Translations under genes and position numbers: made by a program
Notes under the pieces: generated by a model
Told to the model about the DNA's origin: nothing
The model's input: the letters and a program-made list of their open reading frames with translations, nothing else
Database searches by the model: none
Origin: a virus
Lineage: Duplodnaviria > Caudoviricetes
DNA length: 33,560 nucleotides
Virus record (IMG/VR): IMGVR_UViG_3300016484_000428
Coordinates: 1-33,560 of that record
Strand: one strand, 5' to 3'
In this document: positions 7,284 through 15,120 of the stretch, one piece after another
Layout of the letters: every line of letters starts with the position of its first letter
How positions within the stretch are numbered: position 1 is the stretch's first letter

Positions 7284-8267
7284 TTACCGGCCGCGCTGGT
7301 CGTGCAGCGTGCGCCAGTATCGAATCTCAGCCAGGGCCAGCACGATCAGCAGCGACAGACGCGAGCCGACTGACGGCCCGAACCCCGTCAGCTCTGCCAG
7401 CTCATCGTCGCTCATCAGCGGAGCCCCGGCCGGCGGCACCACCGGCGGGGCGACCGCCACGGGCTCGGCCGCTGGCACCGCCTGCGGGGCCGCCTGCGCC
7501 TCGACCGTCGCCGGGGCGACCTGCGCATCGGCCGCCAGCTGCTGGGCCTCCTGCGACGCCCGGATGGCCGCTTCGGCCGCCTCCAGCCGGCGCGCCAGCT
7601 CGTCGGCCCGTTCCCGCTCGGCCCGTGCCGCATCGTCGGCCGCCTGCCGCTCGGCCTCCAGCCGCTCGCGCTCGACGGCCACCGCGTAGGCCAGCTGCAG
7701 CTGGTCGACGATCTCAGCCCGCAAGGCCACGCCCTCGTGGTGCCGCTCCTCGAGCCCGTCGAGGCCCATCGTCCGCGCATCGGCCAGCTTGGCCGCAATG
7801 GCCTCGCTGGGGGCCGTCGACGGCATGGCCAGCGCCCGCAGCCGCCCCAGCACGTGCGCGATCCGCACCTGCCGGGCCTCTTCGTCCAGCTCCCACTGCG
7901 TCAGCGGGGCCCGGACGGTGCCCTTCAGGGCGTCGAGGGCCTCGCGGATGCGCCGGCGCTGGGCGTCGACCGCGGCCGATTTGGCCTTCCAGTCGGCCAC
8001 GAGATCCTTGCCCAGGTCGTCGAGGGCTGTCTTCGTCCGCGCCACCCGGTGCGCCAGGCTGGCCAGCTCGGCCCGACCCGCGCGCGTGTCGGCCGTCAGC
8101 CCGTCGGCGGCCTGCCGCGCCTGCCGCTCGACCTCCTCGATGATGGCGTCCACACTGTGCGGGCTGGCGTAGACCGTCACGGCCGTGACCGTCGTGCCGA
8201 CCGGCACCAGATACCCGGTCACTCGATCACTGTCGACCGGCACCGTCTCAGAAATGATCAGGCTCAT
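7284..8267 (-). CDS. Phage coiled-coil protein of the type found beside recombination genes (327 aa)
   Basis: GRAELASLAHRVARTKTALDDLGKDLV..VDAQRRRIREALDALK..VRAPLTQWE; ATGA-coupled to the exonuclease. Confidence 0.6.
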   Translation of the reverse strand: MSLIISETVPVDSDRVTGYLVPVGTTVTAVTVYASPHSVDAIIEEVERQARQAADGLTADTRAGRAELASLAHRVARTKTALDDLGKDLVADWKAKSAAVDAQRRRIREALDALKGTVRAPLTQWELDEEARQVRIAHVLGRLRALAMPSTAPSEAIAAKLADARTMGLDGLEERHHEGVALRAEIVDQLQLAYAVAVERERLEAERQAADDAARAERERADELARRLEAAEAAIRASQEAQQLAADAQVAPATVEAQAAPQAVPAAEPVAVAPPVVPPAGAPLMSDDELAELTGFGPSVGSRLSLLIVLALAEIRYWRTLHDQRGR

Positions 8268-8911
8268 GACCGCCCTCCGCGCCAGTGCCCCAGCCGCTCG
8301 GCCAGCGCCCGCGTCAGTCGGATGTCCGACAGGACGTGCGACTTGATGCCAGTCCAGTCGCCAGCCGCATACAGGGCCGCGATGTCGCTGCCGCTGATCG
8401 TGTCGTCGACCGGCAGGGCGAATCGGCGGGCGAACCACTTCAGCGACCGCGCCTGAATGGCCCCGTTCCACGTCAGGCGCAGCATGAGGTCGACGCAGGG
8501 CGTCCGATACTTGTCGAGGCTCACCGGCGGGGCCTTGACGCCCAGCAGGGCCGACCGGGCCAGCAGCACCGGCAGGTCGAAGGACAAGTGATTGAACCCG
8601 ATGATCGACGCCACCAGCCCTTCCTTGTGGTCGAGGGCCAGCTGCCAGACCTGCCGCAGCAGCTCGGCCTCTTCGGCCTCGTCAGCGGCCGTCAGGACGT
8701 GCTCGACCTGGTCGCCGTCGATGATGCCCACAGCGACCACACGAGCCGTCCACGGATACAGCGCGGCTCGGCTGGTCTGCTCGGCCTGCTTCTCGGCCAC
8801 GTAGGCCGCGATCTTCGCCGGGTCTTTGTAGTTCGCCGGCGCTGTGACGGGCTCGGCCAGATCGGCTGCCCCGTCGATGGCCACAGTTTCAATGTCGAGG
8901 ATGATCGCCAT
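8264..8911 (-). CDS. Stand-alone 3'-5' exonuclease (DnaQ/PolB proofreading-like)
   Basis: ExoI ILDIET, ExoII GFNHLSFDLP, ExoIII HVLSD. Confidence 0.85.
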   Translation of the reverse strand: MAIILDIETVAIDGAADLAEPVTAPANYKDPAKIAAYVAEKQAEQTSRAALYPWTARVVAVGIIDGDQVEHVLTAADEAEEAELLRQVWQLALDHKEGLVASIIGFNHLSFDLPVLLARSALLGVKAPPVSLDKYRTPCVDLMLRLTWNGAIQARSLKWFARRFALPVDDTISGSDIAALYAAGDWTGIKSHVLSDIRLTRALAERLGHWRGGRS

Positions 8912-8925
8912 GTGGTCGCCTCCCC

Positions 8926-9462
8926 TCAGAAGGGAATGTCATCCGCGTGGACGTCCTCGGCCGGGGCGTCGACCGTCTGCGCGACCGGGCCGGCGTCGAC
9001 CGCCTGCCGATCCTTCACGCGCACATAGCCGGCCGAGATCGGCAGTTTCGGTGTGCGTGCGGCCAGCGGCATGATCGCCGCAATGTCGGCGTAGGTCTTG
9101 CCGTTGCGCGAGGTGTGCATGACGTTGATCAGGCACCCGGCGCCGATCAGCTTCTCGAGGTCGAACTGCTGCAGCTCCTCGGCCGTGAACGCCCGCCCGC
9201 GCCACGACTGCAGGTCGGCCCGCAGTCGGGCCTTCTCGTGCAGACTGGCCGTGTAGCGGCTCGACACCGTATAGGGCCGCCCGTCCTCCATCAGCTCGGC
9301 CAGCTGCCAGATGATCCGCACCTTGTGCGCGGTCTTCTTCTGCCCCTGCCACTCGCTCTCGACGATGCCGAGATCGACCACATCACAGCACACTGCCTGA
9401 TGCACACCCGACGGGGCCGGTGAATAGTCGCCCCCGCCCCCTGCCGAAACATGAATTGCCAT
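8926..9462 (-). CDS. Single-stranded DNA-binding-like protein
   Basis: beta-rich body (HQAVCCDVVDLG..SLHEKARLRADLQSWRG..FDLEKLIG) and an acidic SSB-type C-terminus DDIPF; AAGGAG RBS. Confidence 0.7.
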   Translation of the reverse strand: MAIHVSAGGGGDYSPAPSGVHQAVCCDVVDLGIVESEWQGQKKTAHKVRIIWQLAELMEDGRPYTVSSRYTASLHEKARLRADLQSWRGRAFTAEELQQFDLEKLIGAGCLINVMHTSRNGKTYADIAAIMPLAARTPKLPISAGYVRVKDRQAVDAGPVAQTVDAPAEDVHADDIPF

Positions 9463-9502
9463 TGCTGTCGCTCCTTGTTGGGTTGTCTACGGTCTTACCT
9501 GG

Positions 9503-9736
9503 TCAACATTCGGCCACACGCGCGGGCAGCTCCCGCACCATCTCGGCCGCTTTCTCCATGAGGGCATGCAGCCCCTCGTCTGTCCCGCCACTATCGGCCC
9601 ATGCCTGCACCAGCAGCATCGCCAGCGCGACGGTGACGTGCAGCTCGGTCGCCTTAGGCCGGTGATGGATGGTCCGCAGGATCGCCCGCTGCATGGCCAC
9701 GATTTCGGCTATCTCCTGCGCCTCATAACTGGTCAC
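9503..9736 (-). CDS. Hypothetical protein (77 aa)
   Basis: GTG start MTSYEAQEIAE.. overlapping the previous stop; GGAGG RBS. Confidence 0.5.
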   Translation of the reverse strand: MTSYEAQEIAEIVAMQRAILRTIHHRPKATELHVTVALAMLLVQAWADSGGTDEGLHALMEKAAEMVRELPARVAEC

Positions 9737-9912
9737 TTCGGCACCCTCCGCTGCAGCTTCTGCAACGCCTCGCGCCAGTCGTGGTCGTTCTGCTCGAGGT
9801 CGAGCCGCGCCTGCGTCAGGCTGGCATGCGTCAGGACCACCCAGAACACCAGCGCCCCGACACACATCAGCAGCCCGCCGATCGCCAGCCCGCAGGCCAC
9901 AGCGCCCGTCAC
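9733..9912 (-). CDS. Small membrane protein (59 aa)
   Basis: Manual: MTGAVACGLAIGGLLMCVGALVFWVVLTHASLTQARLDLEQNDHDWREALQKLQRRVPK; GTGA overlaps at both ends. Confidence 0.55.
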   Translation of the reverse strand: MTGAVACGLAIGGLLMCVGALVFWVVLTHASLTQARLDLEQNDHDWREALQKLQRRVPK

Positions 9913-10151
9913 TGCGGCCCCCGCTGCCGGCGCTCGCGCACCTGCGACTGTATCTCGGTGTAGATGCGACGTGACGATCGATCCTTCGCATCCTGTAACC
10001 AGACTTCAATATCGCGCTGCAGCCGCTGCTCGGCCTGCCGCTCCCGCTGCCATGCAATCGCCGCCGGCAGCGCCACCTTCCAGCCCAACAGTGCCACGGC
10101 CAGCGCTGACAGCGTCACCACCACGGCCACCACGACATCGCCCAGCATCAT
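9909..10151 (-). CDS. Small membrane protein (80 aa)
   Basis: MMLGDVVVAVVVTLSALAVALLGW TM segment followed by a charged helix; ATGA overlap. Confidence 0.55.
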   Translation of the reverse strand: MMLGDVVVAVVVTLSALAVALLGWKVALPAAIAWQRERQAEQRLQRDIEVWLQDAKDRSSRRIYTEIQSQVRERRQRGPQ

Positions 10152-10294
10152 CGCCCATCCCTTTCTGCCAGCTGCAGGCCGGCCCACAACAGTCGAATCG
10201 TCATCTCCCGCACGGTCAGATTCTGCCGCGCAGCCTCGCGTTTGACGGCTGCCACCAGCGCCGGGTCGAGGCCGCGCAGCACAAGGGTCGGCAT
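10148..10294 (-). CDS. Arc/FitA-like ribbon-helix-helix protein (48 aa)
   Basis: MPTLVLRGLDPALVAAVKREAARQNLTVREMTIRLL; GGAGG RBS, TAATG overlap. Confidence 0.7.
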   Translation of the reverse strand: MPTLVLRGLDPALVAAVKREAARQNLTVREMTIRLLWAGLQLAERDGR

Positions 10295-10542
10295 TAGTCC
10301 TCCACCTGGACGGCCACGCGCTCGGGTCGCAGATAGGCCATGCGCCCGCTGGCCGTCTGCCATGCGCGCAGCTCGATCTCGCCGTCTTCGGCGTCTTCGG
10401 CAATGCGCGCGTAGGCATGCACCGCTTCGTCCAGCTCGGCCACCTCGTCAGCCTCACAGCACCATTCATACAGCAGCCACTGCTTGATCTGCTCCAGCCC
10501 GCGCTCGGTCACGCGATACATCGTCGTGAAATTGGTTGTCAT
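10294..10542 (-). CDS. Acidic hypothetical protein (82 aa)
   Basis: MTTNFTTMYRVTERGLEQIKQWL..; GGAGG RBS 8 nt upstream. Confidence 0.55.
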   Translation of the reverse strand: MTTNFTTMYRVTERGLEQIKQWLLYEWCCEADEVAELDEAVHAYARIAEDAEDGEIELRAWQTASGRMAYLRPERVAVQVED

Positions 10543-10558
10543 GGTCATGGCCTCCGTG

Positions 10559-10590
10559 TCAGAGACGGGCCTAGCGGCCCGCCCCCCTGA
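10559..10590 (-). other. Strong stem-loop at the stop of the first early gene
   Basis: Minus strand TCAGGGGGGCGGGCC-GCTA-GGCCCGTCTCTGA; pairs with G-U only on the minus strand; no U tract. Confidence 0.45.
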
Positions 10591-10870
10591 TAGCGCCGAC
10601 GTGCTGGCTGGCGATCTTTCCACTGATCGCGTCGGCCCAGCCGACCAGGGCGTACCCGCCGCGATTCAGGATCGTAGTCGTACGGTTGGAGACAAACGCG
10701 CCATCAGGACGCTGGAACCAGAAAATGTAGTCGGCCCACACCTTCCGGCCGTTGCCCTTCCGGTAGGCACCGATCGGCGACCGCGACATGAAAAAGCCGT
10801 CGCGCACAAGTTTCGCCTCGACCTCTCGCGTCTCTGTGCCGATGGTAATGGTGAAGGTTCTGGTCTGCAT
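10571..10870 (-). CDS. Hypothetical protein, first gene after the strong promoter (99 aa)
   Basis: MQTRTFTITIGTETREVEAKLVRDGFF..; AGGA RBS. Confidence 0.55.
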   Translation of the reverse strand: MQTRTFTITIGTETREVEAKLVRDGFFMSRSPIGAYRKGNGRKVWADYIFWFQRPDGAFVSNRTTTILNRGGYALVGWADAISGKIASQHVGAIRGAGR

Positions 10871-10935
10871 CTCATCCTGCTCTCTGCCCTGTGGTGGGCC
10901 GGCGTGTCGTCCGCGGTAGTGCGTCCGACAGGTGG

Positions 10936-10972
10936 AGAATAACACCGCTGGAAATCGTGTCAAGCCTTTTTT
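10936..10972 (-). promoter_or_regulatory. Strong sigma70-type (early) promoter
   Basis: A-tract (UP-like) - TTGACA (10958-10963) - 16 nt ending in TGn - TATTCT (10936-10941), within an AT-rich gap. Confidence 0.7.
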
Positions 10973-10997
10973 CTGCGGCCCGAAAGATTTTACATGC

Positions 10998-11504
10998 TTA
11001 ACGTTTCCGACCTGCCATGTAGAGATCGCCACGGTCGAGGTAGGCCAGCGCGTCGACGACTTCCAGCCCGACCGCCGTCATCGCTGCCCGCAGGGTTTCG
11101 GGCGACACGTTGGCGTAGTACTCGCCATACCGCAGCGGACCGCCGTCCACGGCCGAGTGCGGCCGCCGCGGCTCCGTCGCGCACGTCACCAGCACCAGCC
11201 CGCCCGGTCGCAGGCGCTGCGCGGCATTGGCCAGGATCGGCCCGGTCAGGGGCGTGTGCTCCAGCACCTCGCAGCAGACGACCACATCAGCCGGCCACGG
11301 CGGGGCCGCATCCTCGCCGGGGCCGACATAGTCGACACCGGGGCCGGGGCTCAGGTCGCAGCCCCACCATTCAGCGACCTGACCGGCGCGGGCCGCCTGC
11401 CGCGCGCTGCCGTTGACGTTGCGACTGCCGATCTCGAACACGTGCAGACCGTTCGGCAGCGGGTCCAGCTGGGACGCGATGAACTGCAGGGCTTCCAGAT
11501 GCAC
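10998..11504 (-). CDS. Class I SAM-dependent methyltransferase (168 aa)
   Basis: VFEIGSRNVNGS, GCDLSPGPGVDYV, DVVVCCEVLEH, LRPGGLVLVT; GTG start with GGAGG RBS. Confidence 0.85.
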   Translation of the reverse strand: MHLEALQFIASQLDPLPNGLHVFEIGSRNVNGSARQAARAGQVAEWWGCDLSPGPGVDYVGPGEDAAPPWPADVVVCCEVLEHTPLTGPILANAAQRLRPGGLVLVTCATEPRRPHSAVDGGPLRYGEYYANVSPETLRAAMTAVGLEVVDALAYLDRGDLYMAGRKR

Positions 11505-11506
11505 GG

Positions 11507-11827
11507 TCAGTCCTCCACGCAGACGCAGGGCCCAGAGCCCAGCGCCGGGTAAATCCGCAGGCCCAAGGCCACGGCCGCCGCCACCTCCAGCCGCGCCCCG
11601 CGTGACCGCTCCCAGCCTGGGAGCAGCCGCAATTCGTCGGCCAGCCGCAGATGCCACAGACAGACCAGCATGCAGGCCCACCACGGCCGGTGTGGCGGGT
11701 TCAGCGCGGCCGGGTTGATCACCGACAAGCCCCGCCGCTCGAGGGCTTCCTGAGCCGCGAAAAACGCCCCGAAGTTATACTTGGGCCGGCCGGTCATAGG
11801 CCCGGCGATATAGGCCAGCCGCCTCAC
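11507..11827 (-). CDS. DUF4406 / nucleoside 2-deoxyribosyltransferase-like protein
   Basis: AYIAGPMTG..YNFGAF..VINPA..LLPGWERSRGARLE. Confidence 0.8.
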   Translation of the reverse strand: MRRLAYIAGPMTGRPKYNFGAFFAAQEALERRGLSVINPAALNPPHRPWWACMLVCLWHLRLADELRLLPGWERSRGARLEVAAAVALGLRIYPALGSGPCVCVED

Positions 11828-12201
11828 GCGCCGGCCTCGTCGCCCGGATCGGCGTGCTGCCAGCGGTGCGCGGGCTCGTCGATGGCGTCGGCCGTCACGG
11901 TCACGGCCGCCCGCGCGCGCAGCGACCGCACGATCAGGGCCATCGCCGCCAGATCCAGCAGCGTGTCGTCGAGGCTTTCATGATTCGGCACGCGCTCGCC
12001 GTCGCGCGTCAGGTTCATCAGCCGGTGATACTTCTCGCTGAGCCGCAGCTGGGCCGCGCGCCAGGCCGGCACGCCGTTGTCGTCGGCCGACACCTGGTAA
12101 TTCCGCAACGGGTCGCTCGCGTCGGCGTAGTCGTGCCCCTTCGAGAGGTGCAGCGCGCGCAGCTCGTCGAGCGCCTGCAGAAACTTCGGATCACCCGCCA
12201 T
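11824..12201 (-). CDS. Nucleotide-modification-associated domain 1 (DUF1599)-like all-alpha NTP pyrophosphohydrolase
   Basis: SKGHDYA..DPLRNY..RLSEKYHRL..ESLDDTLLDLAAMALI. Confidence 0.7.
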   Translation of the reverse strand: MAGDPKFLQALDELRALHLSKGHDYADASDPLRNYQVSADDNGVPAWRAAQLRLSEKYHRLMNLTRDGERVPNHESLDDTLLDLAAMALIVRSLRARAAVTVTADAIDEPAHRWQHADPGDEAGA

Positions 12202-12558
12202 CTATCCCTCCTCGCTGTGTCGCACGGCCACCGGCCGGCGCTGTCGTCTCCGTCGTCGTAGATACTGCCCATACCACCAGCGGATCTCGTCGTCGCTGAG
12301 ATACCGCATTAGCCGTCGCTCTTCGGCCGCCACACGCCGCTCGCCCCAGCGCGGAAACCGCCGGTGCAGCAGCTCATGCAGCAGGGTCGACACCGTGGCC
12401 GGGGCCGGGTCGATGATGATCGCATCCGTCTCCCGGTCACAGAGGCCATGCACATGATAGCCGGGTTCGACCAGTCGCGCCTCGACGATACGACCGCGCC
12501 TCAGCTCGTCGGCCAGCAGGGCCAGCCGCGCCCGCGCCTCAGCGCTGCCGACTGCCAC
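12202..12558 (-). CDS. Small zincin-like HEXXH metallopeptidase-domain protein
   Basis: HGLCD..IIIDP..TLLHELLH..E. Confidence 0.6.
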   Translation of the reverse strand: MAVGSAEARARLALLADELRRGRIVEARLVEPGYHVHGLCDRETDAIIIDPAPATVSTLLHELLHRRFPRWGERRVAAEERRLMRYLSDDEIRWWYGQYLRRRRRQRRPVAVRHSEEG

Positions 12559-13627
12559 GCGCGGCCTTCCCCCGCAGCCACGTCAGATAGTCGGCCGCCG
12601 ATTCCGGGTCGAAGAGCGTGACGATCAGGCGCGGGTCGTCATCCGCGAATCGCGGATCGATCACCGTCACCGGCGCGCAGAAGATGTCCTGATTCGCCAG
12701 CCCCAGCTTCTCGGCGTAGCGGTCATGTTTCTTGTAGCTGCTGACCCGCAGCGCGTGCGAGATCAGGCCGCTGGCCGGGTCCTTCACGACCTGATAGCCG
12801 CTCACGTGCGTGTGCCCGCAGGCCAGGACGTGATCGCGCCAGCCCATCGTCGCGGCCTTCGTCGGCCCGTGCGCCGTGTTCCACATGCTGTGTCCCTTGA
12901 AGTCGTGCCGGGCATTGATGCGGATGCTGCGGCCGCCTGGGAACGTCAGCTCCAGCCGCGCGCCGTGCTGCCGATATAGGCTGTTCGACTGCTGGGCGAA
13001 CCACGCCACCGGGTCGCCCGCGCCTGACCACGCATCGTGATTGCCGCCGATCAGGTAGAGCCAGCGCATCGACCGAATGAACCACTCCACCAGCACCAGC
13101 GCCTCGCGGGCCGACGTGCTCTGCTCGCCGTAAAGGTGCGCCAGCCGGCCCACCCAGTTGTTGCTGAAGTCCCCGACATTCGCGCCCAGCAGGCCCGGCG
13201 TGGCCTGCACGAGGGCCACGTGCCGCTCGATCAGCGCGATGTCGGTGCCGTCGTCGTCGAGGTGCGGGTCGCCGCCGTGCAGGATGCCGATCGGGCCGTC
13301 CAGCTGCACGCGGATCGGAATCAGCTTGCGCGCCTCGGCCGCCTGATGCTTGCGCGCGTAGGCCACCCGACGACTGGCCAGCAGCTCCTCGGCCGTCGGC
13401 AGGCTGTCGGGCAGGTCGTCAGCGACCGTGAAGTCGCCGGCGTCGTCGTCGAGGGCCCGCGTCAGAACGTCCTGCCCAAACCGCTTTTGCGCGTCGCGGA
13501 TCTGATGGCCCAGCGTGCTTAGCGGCACCTCGCTCTTGCGACTGGCCACGCTGACGTTGCCGCCGTGCTGCCGCACCAGCTTGACCGCCGCCCAGAGCAG
13601 ATCGTCGGTGCGCCGTGCGGCCGGCAC
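12539..13627 (-). CDS. HTH + calcineurin-like metallophosphoesterase
   Basis: N-terminal GNVSVASRKSEVPLSTL HTH; GDPH, VGDF, GGNHD, ARHD and CGHTH motifs. Confidence 0.8.
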   Translation of the reverse strand: MPAARRTDDLLWAAVKLVRQHGGNVSVASRKSEVPLSTLGHQIRDAQKRFGQDVLTRALDDDAGDFTVADDLPDSLPTAEELLASRRVAYARKHQAAEARKLIPIRVQLDGPIGILHGGDPHLDDDGTDIALIERHVALVQATPGLLGANVGDFSNNWVGRLAHLYGEQSTSAREALVLVEWFIRSMRWLYLIGGNHDAWSGAGDPVAWFAQQSNSLYRQHGARLELTFPGGRSIRINARHDFKGHSMWNTAHGPTKAATMGWRDHVLACGHTHVSGYQVVKDPASGLISHALRVSSYKKHDRYAEKLGLANQDIFCAPVTVIDPRFADDDPRLIVTLFDPESAADYLTWLRGKAARGSRQR

Positions 13628-13743
13628 TACCGGGGCCCCCGCGGGTCGTCAGGGTCATATGGCAGCCACCACAGCGCGCCGACGATCAGCAGGGCATAAC
13701 ACACCGCCACAAGGGTCGCGAACCCGATCAGCCATCCTGACAT
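13627..13743 (-). CDS. Single-TM micro-protein (38 aa)
   Basis: Manual: MSGWLIGFATLVAVCYALLIVGALWWLPYDPDDPRGPR; GGAGG RBS; abuts both neighbours. Confidence 0.5.
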   Translation of the reverse strand: MSGWLIGFATLVAVCYALLIVGALWWLPYDPDDPRGPR

Positions 13744-13848
13744 CTACCCGCCTCCGATCCCCACATACGCGCGCCCGCAGGGGCACCAGACATACCCGCC
13801 GCGGGCCATCTGCACCAGACGCCCGCAGCCACATTGCACGCTGGTCAC
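13744..13848 (-). CDS. Zinc-ribbon-like micro-protein (34 aa)
   Basis: Manual: MTSVQCGCGRLVQMARGGYVWCPCGRAYVGIGGG; CxCG..CxCG; GTGA overlap. Confidence 0.5.
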   Translation of the reverse strand: MTSVQCGCGRLVQMARGGYVWCPCGRAYVGIGGG

Positions 13849-14015
13849 TTGTCGGCCAGCAGGCGCTCAGCCAGCCAGCGCAGCAGGGCCTTCCAGCCGG
13901 GCCGCTTCGGCGGGGGCGTCGGGCCGCCGGTCGTGCTGGTCGGCCCCAGCGGCGGCGGGGCCCCGGCCGCATCGCGCAGCCAGCCGGGCATACGAATCGC
14001 AGCATGGTCACTCAT
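13845..14015 (-). CDS. Pro-rich small protein with a C-terminal amphipathic helix (56 aa)
   Basis: MSDHAAIR..PPPKRPGWKALLRWLAERLLADK; GGGAG RBS. Confidence 0.5.
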   Translation of the reverse strand: MSDHAAIRMPGWLRDAAGAPPPLGPTSTTGGPTPPPKRPGWKALLRWLAERLLADK

Positions 14016-14319
14016 GGCAATCTCCCTTGTAATGGTGGCCCCCCAGCAGTCGCACCGCGGCCCAGCGCCACCACGCCATCGGGGCCCACACGCCGAGCCG
14101 ACTGCGTCGCTGATGGCACCGCCGAAACTCGGCATCGGCGTCGCGCCGGCTGATGGGCCTGCCGTCGATGCGCCGGCCCGTCCGGTAGTGAATGTCATGC
14201 TCGTCGCAGCACTCACGGAAGATCTGCAGCGTCGGCCCAGAGCAGCCATCGCCGCCCAGCTGGCGCGCGTAGTCCTTCACGCGCTGCCAGTAGCCCACAT
14301 CCGACGGCGGCACCGTCAC
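14008..14319 (-). CDS. Phospholipase A2-like protein (103 aa)
   Basis: DGCSGP..CCDEHDIHY..ADAEFRRC..AVRLLG, the prokaryotic PLA2/DUF1353-type His-Asp signature; GTGA overlap. Confidence 0.6.
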   Translation of the reverse strand: MTVPPSDVGYWQRVKDYARQLGGDGCSGPTLQIFRECCDEHDIHYRTGRRIDGRPISRRDADAEFRRCHQRRSRLGVWAPMAWWRWAAVRLLGGHHYKGDCHE

Positions 14320-14891
14320 CGGGGCGGCCCCCCGACCGTGCCCGTGACCTCGCCGATCAGCTTGGCGCGCAGCCGCAGCGGAATGCCCGCTGCCAGTGCG
14401 GCCTCGAGGCGCTGCACGCCCTCGGCCGTCAGCGTGCTGTTGTGCGCCAGCAGGTCGAGCCGCTGCTGCACGGCCTCGACACGGGCCAGCACGTCGGCCA
14501 GCGTCGGCCCGGCCGGCACCGGCGGGGGCGTCGGGCCGGGGGCGGGCGTCGGGGCGAACGTCGCCGGGTCGACCGCCGGCAGCCACGGCCGGCCCGACGG
14601 GTCGCCGTGGTAGGGCACCTCGGCCCACTGCGGCCGCGACTCCGCGCCAGCCGCCTGCAGGATGTCGATCAGCGTGTTGGTCGTGCGGTAGTGCAGGATG
14701 TCGTGCGCGATCCGTGCGCCATTCGGCAGCGTCGACGCCTTGCCGTTGGGCTTGGCCGAGACGCCCCAGGCTGGATCGGTCTGCGCCAGCCGGTAGGCGA
14801 CCTCGTTCGTCAACAGGCCGCACTCGTCGTCCGTCAGCAGCGCGCCGAACTTGGCCCGCACCGCCGCCACCACCTCAGGCCGTGGCTGCAT
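14316..14891 (-). CDS. Hypothetical protein: globular domain + Pro linker + coiled coil (191 aa)
   Basis: ECGLLTNEVAYRL..WGVSAKPNG..IAHDILHY..IDIL..PQW, then a PTPAPGPTPPP linker; GGAGG RBS. Confidence 0.6.
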   Translation of the reverse strand: MQPRPEVVAAVRAKFGALLTDDECGLLTNEVAYRLAQTDPAWGVSAKPNGKASTLPNGARIAHDILHYRTTNTLIDILQAAGAESRPQWAEVPYHGDPSGRPWLPAVDPATFAPTPAPGPTPPPVPAGPTLADVLARVEAVQQRLDLLAHNSTLTAEGVQRLEAALAAGIPLRLRAKLIGEVTGTVGGPPR

Positions 14892-15090
14892 GATCGCCCT
14901 CCTGCTGCGCCGGCGTCATCGTCTCAGCGGCATCGTCCATCTGGTACGCGACCGCTGCGTCGAGCCCGGCGGCTTCGTAGGCCGCGCGCCGCCTGGCCTG
15001 ATACTTGCCCCATTCCGTTTCCAGCCCGCGCCTCAGCACGACGCCCTCGAGCTCGATGGCCTTGATCTGCCAGTAGTGCTTGCCGTCCAT
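14875..15090 (-). CDS. Hypothetical protein (71 aa)
   Basis: AAGGAG RBS; ORF fills the gap. Confidence 0.55.
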   Translation of the reverse strand: MDGKHYWQIKAIELEGVVLRRGLETEWGKYQARRRAAYEAAGLDAAVAYQMDDAAETMTPAQQEGDHAATA

Positions 15091-15120
15091 GTCCCTACTC
15101 CTTCTCGGCCCTGCGGCCGG

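Noticed and set aside
10998-11504. DNA methyltransferase
   Set aside because: No DPPY/NPPY or PCQ catalytic motif; the EVLEH pattern fits small-molecule/glycan methyltransferases
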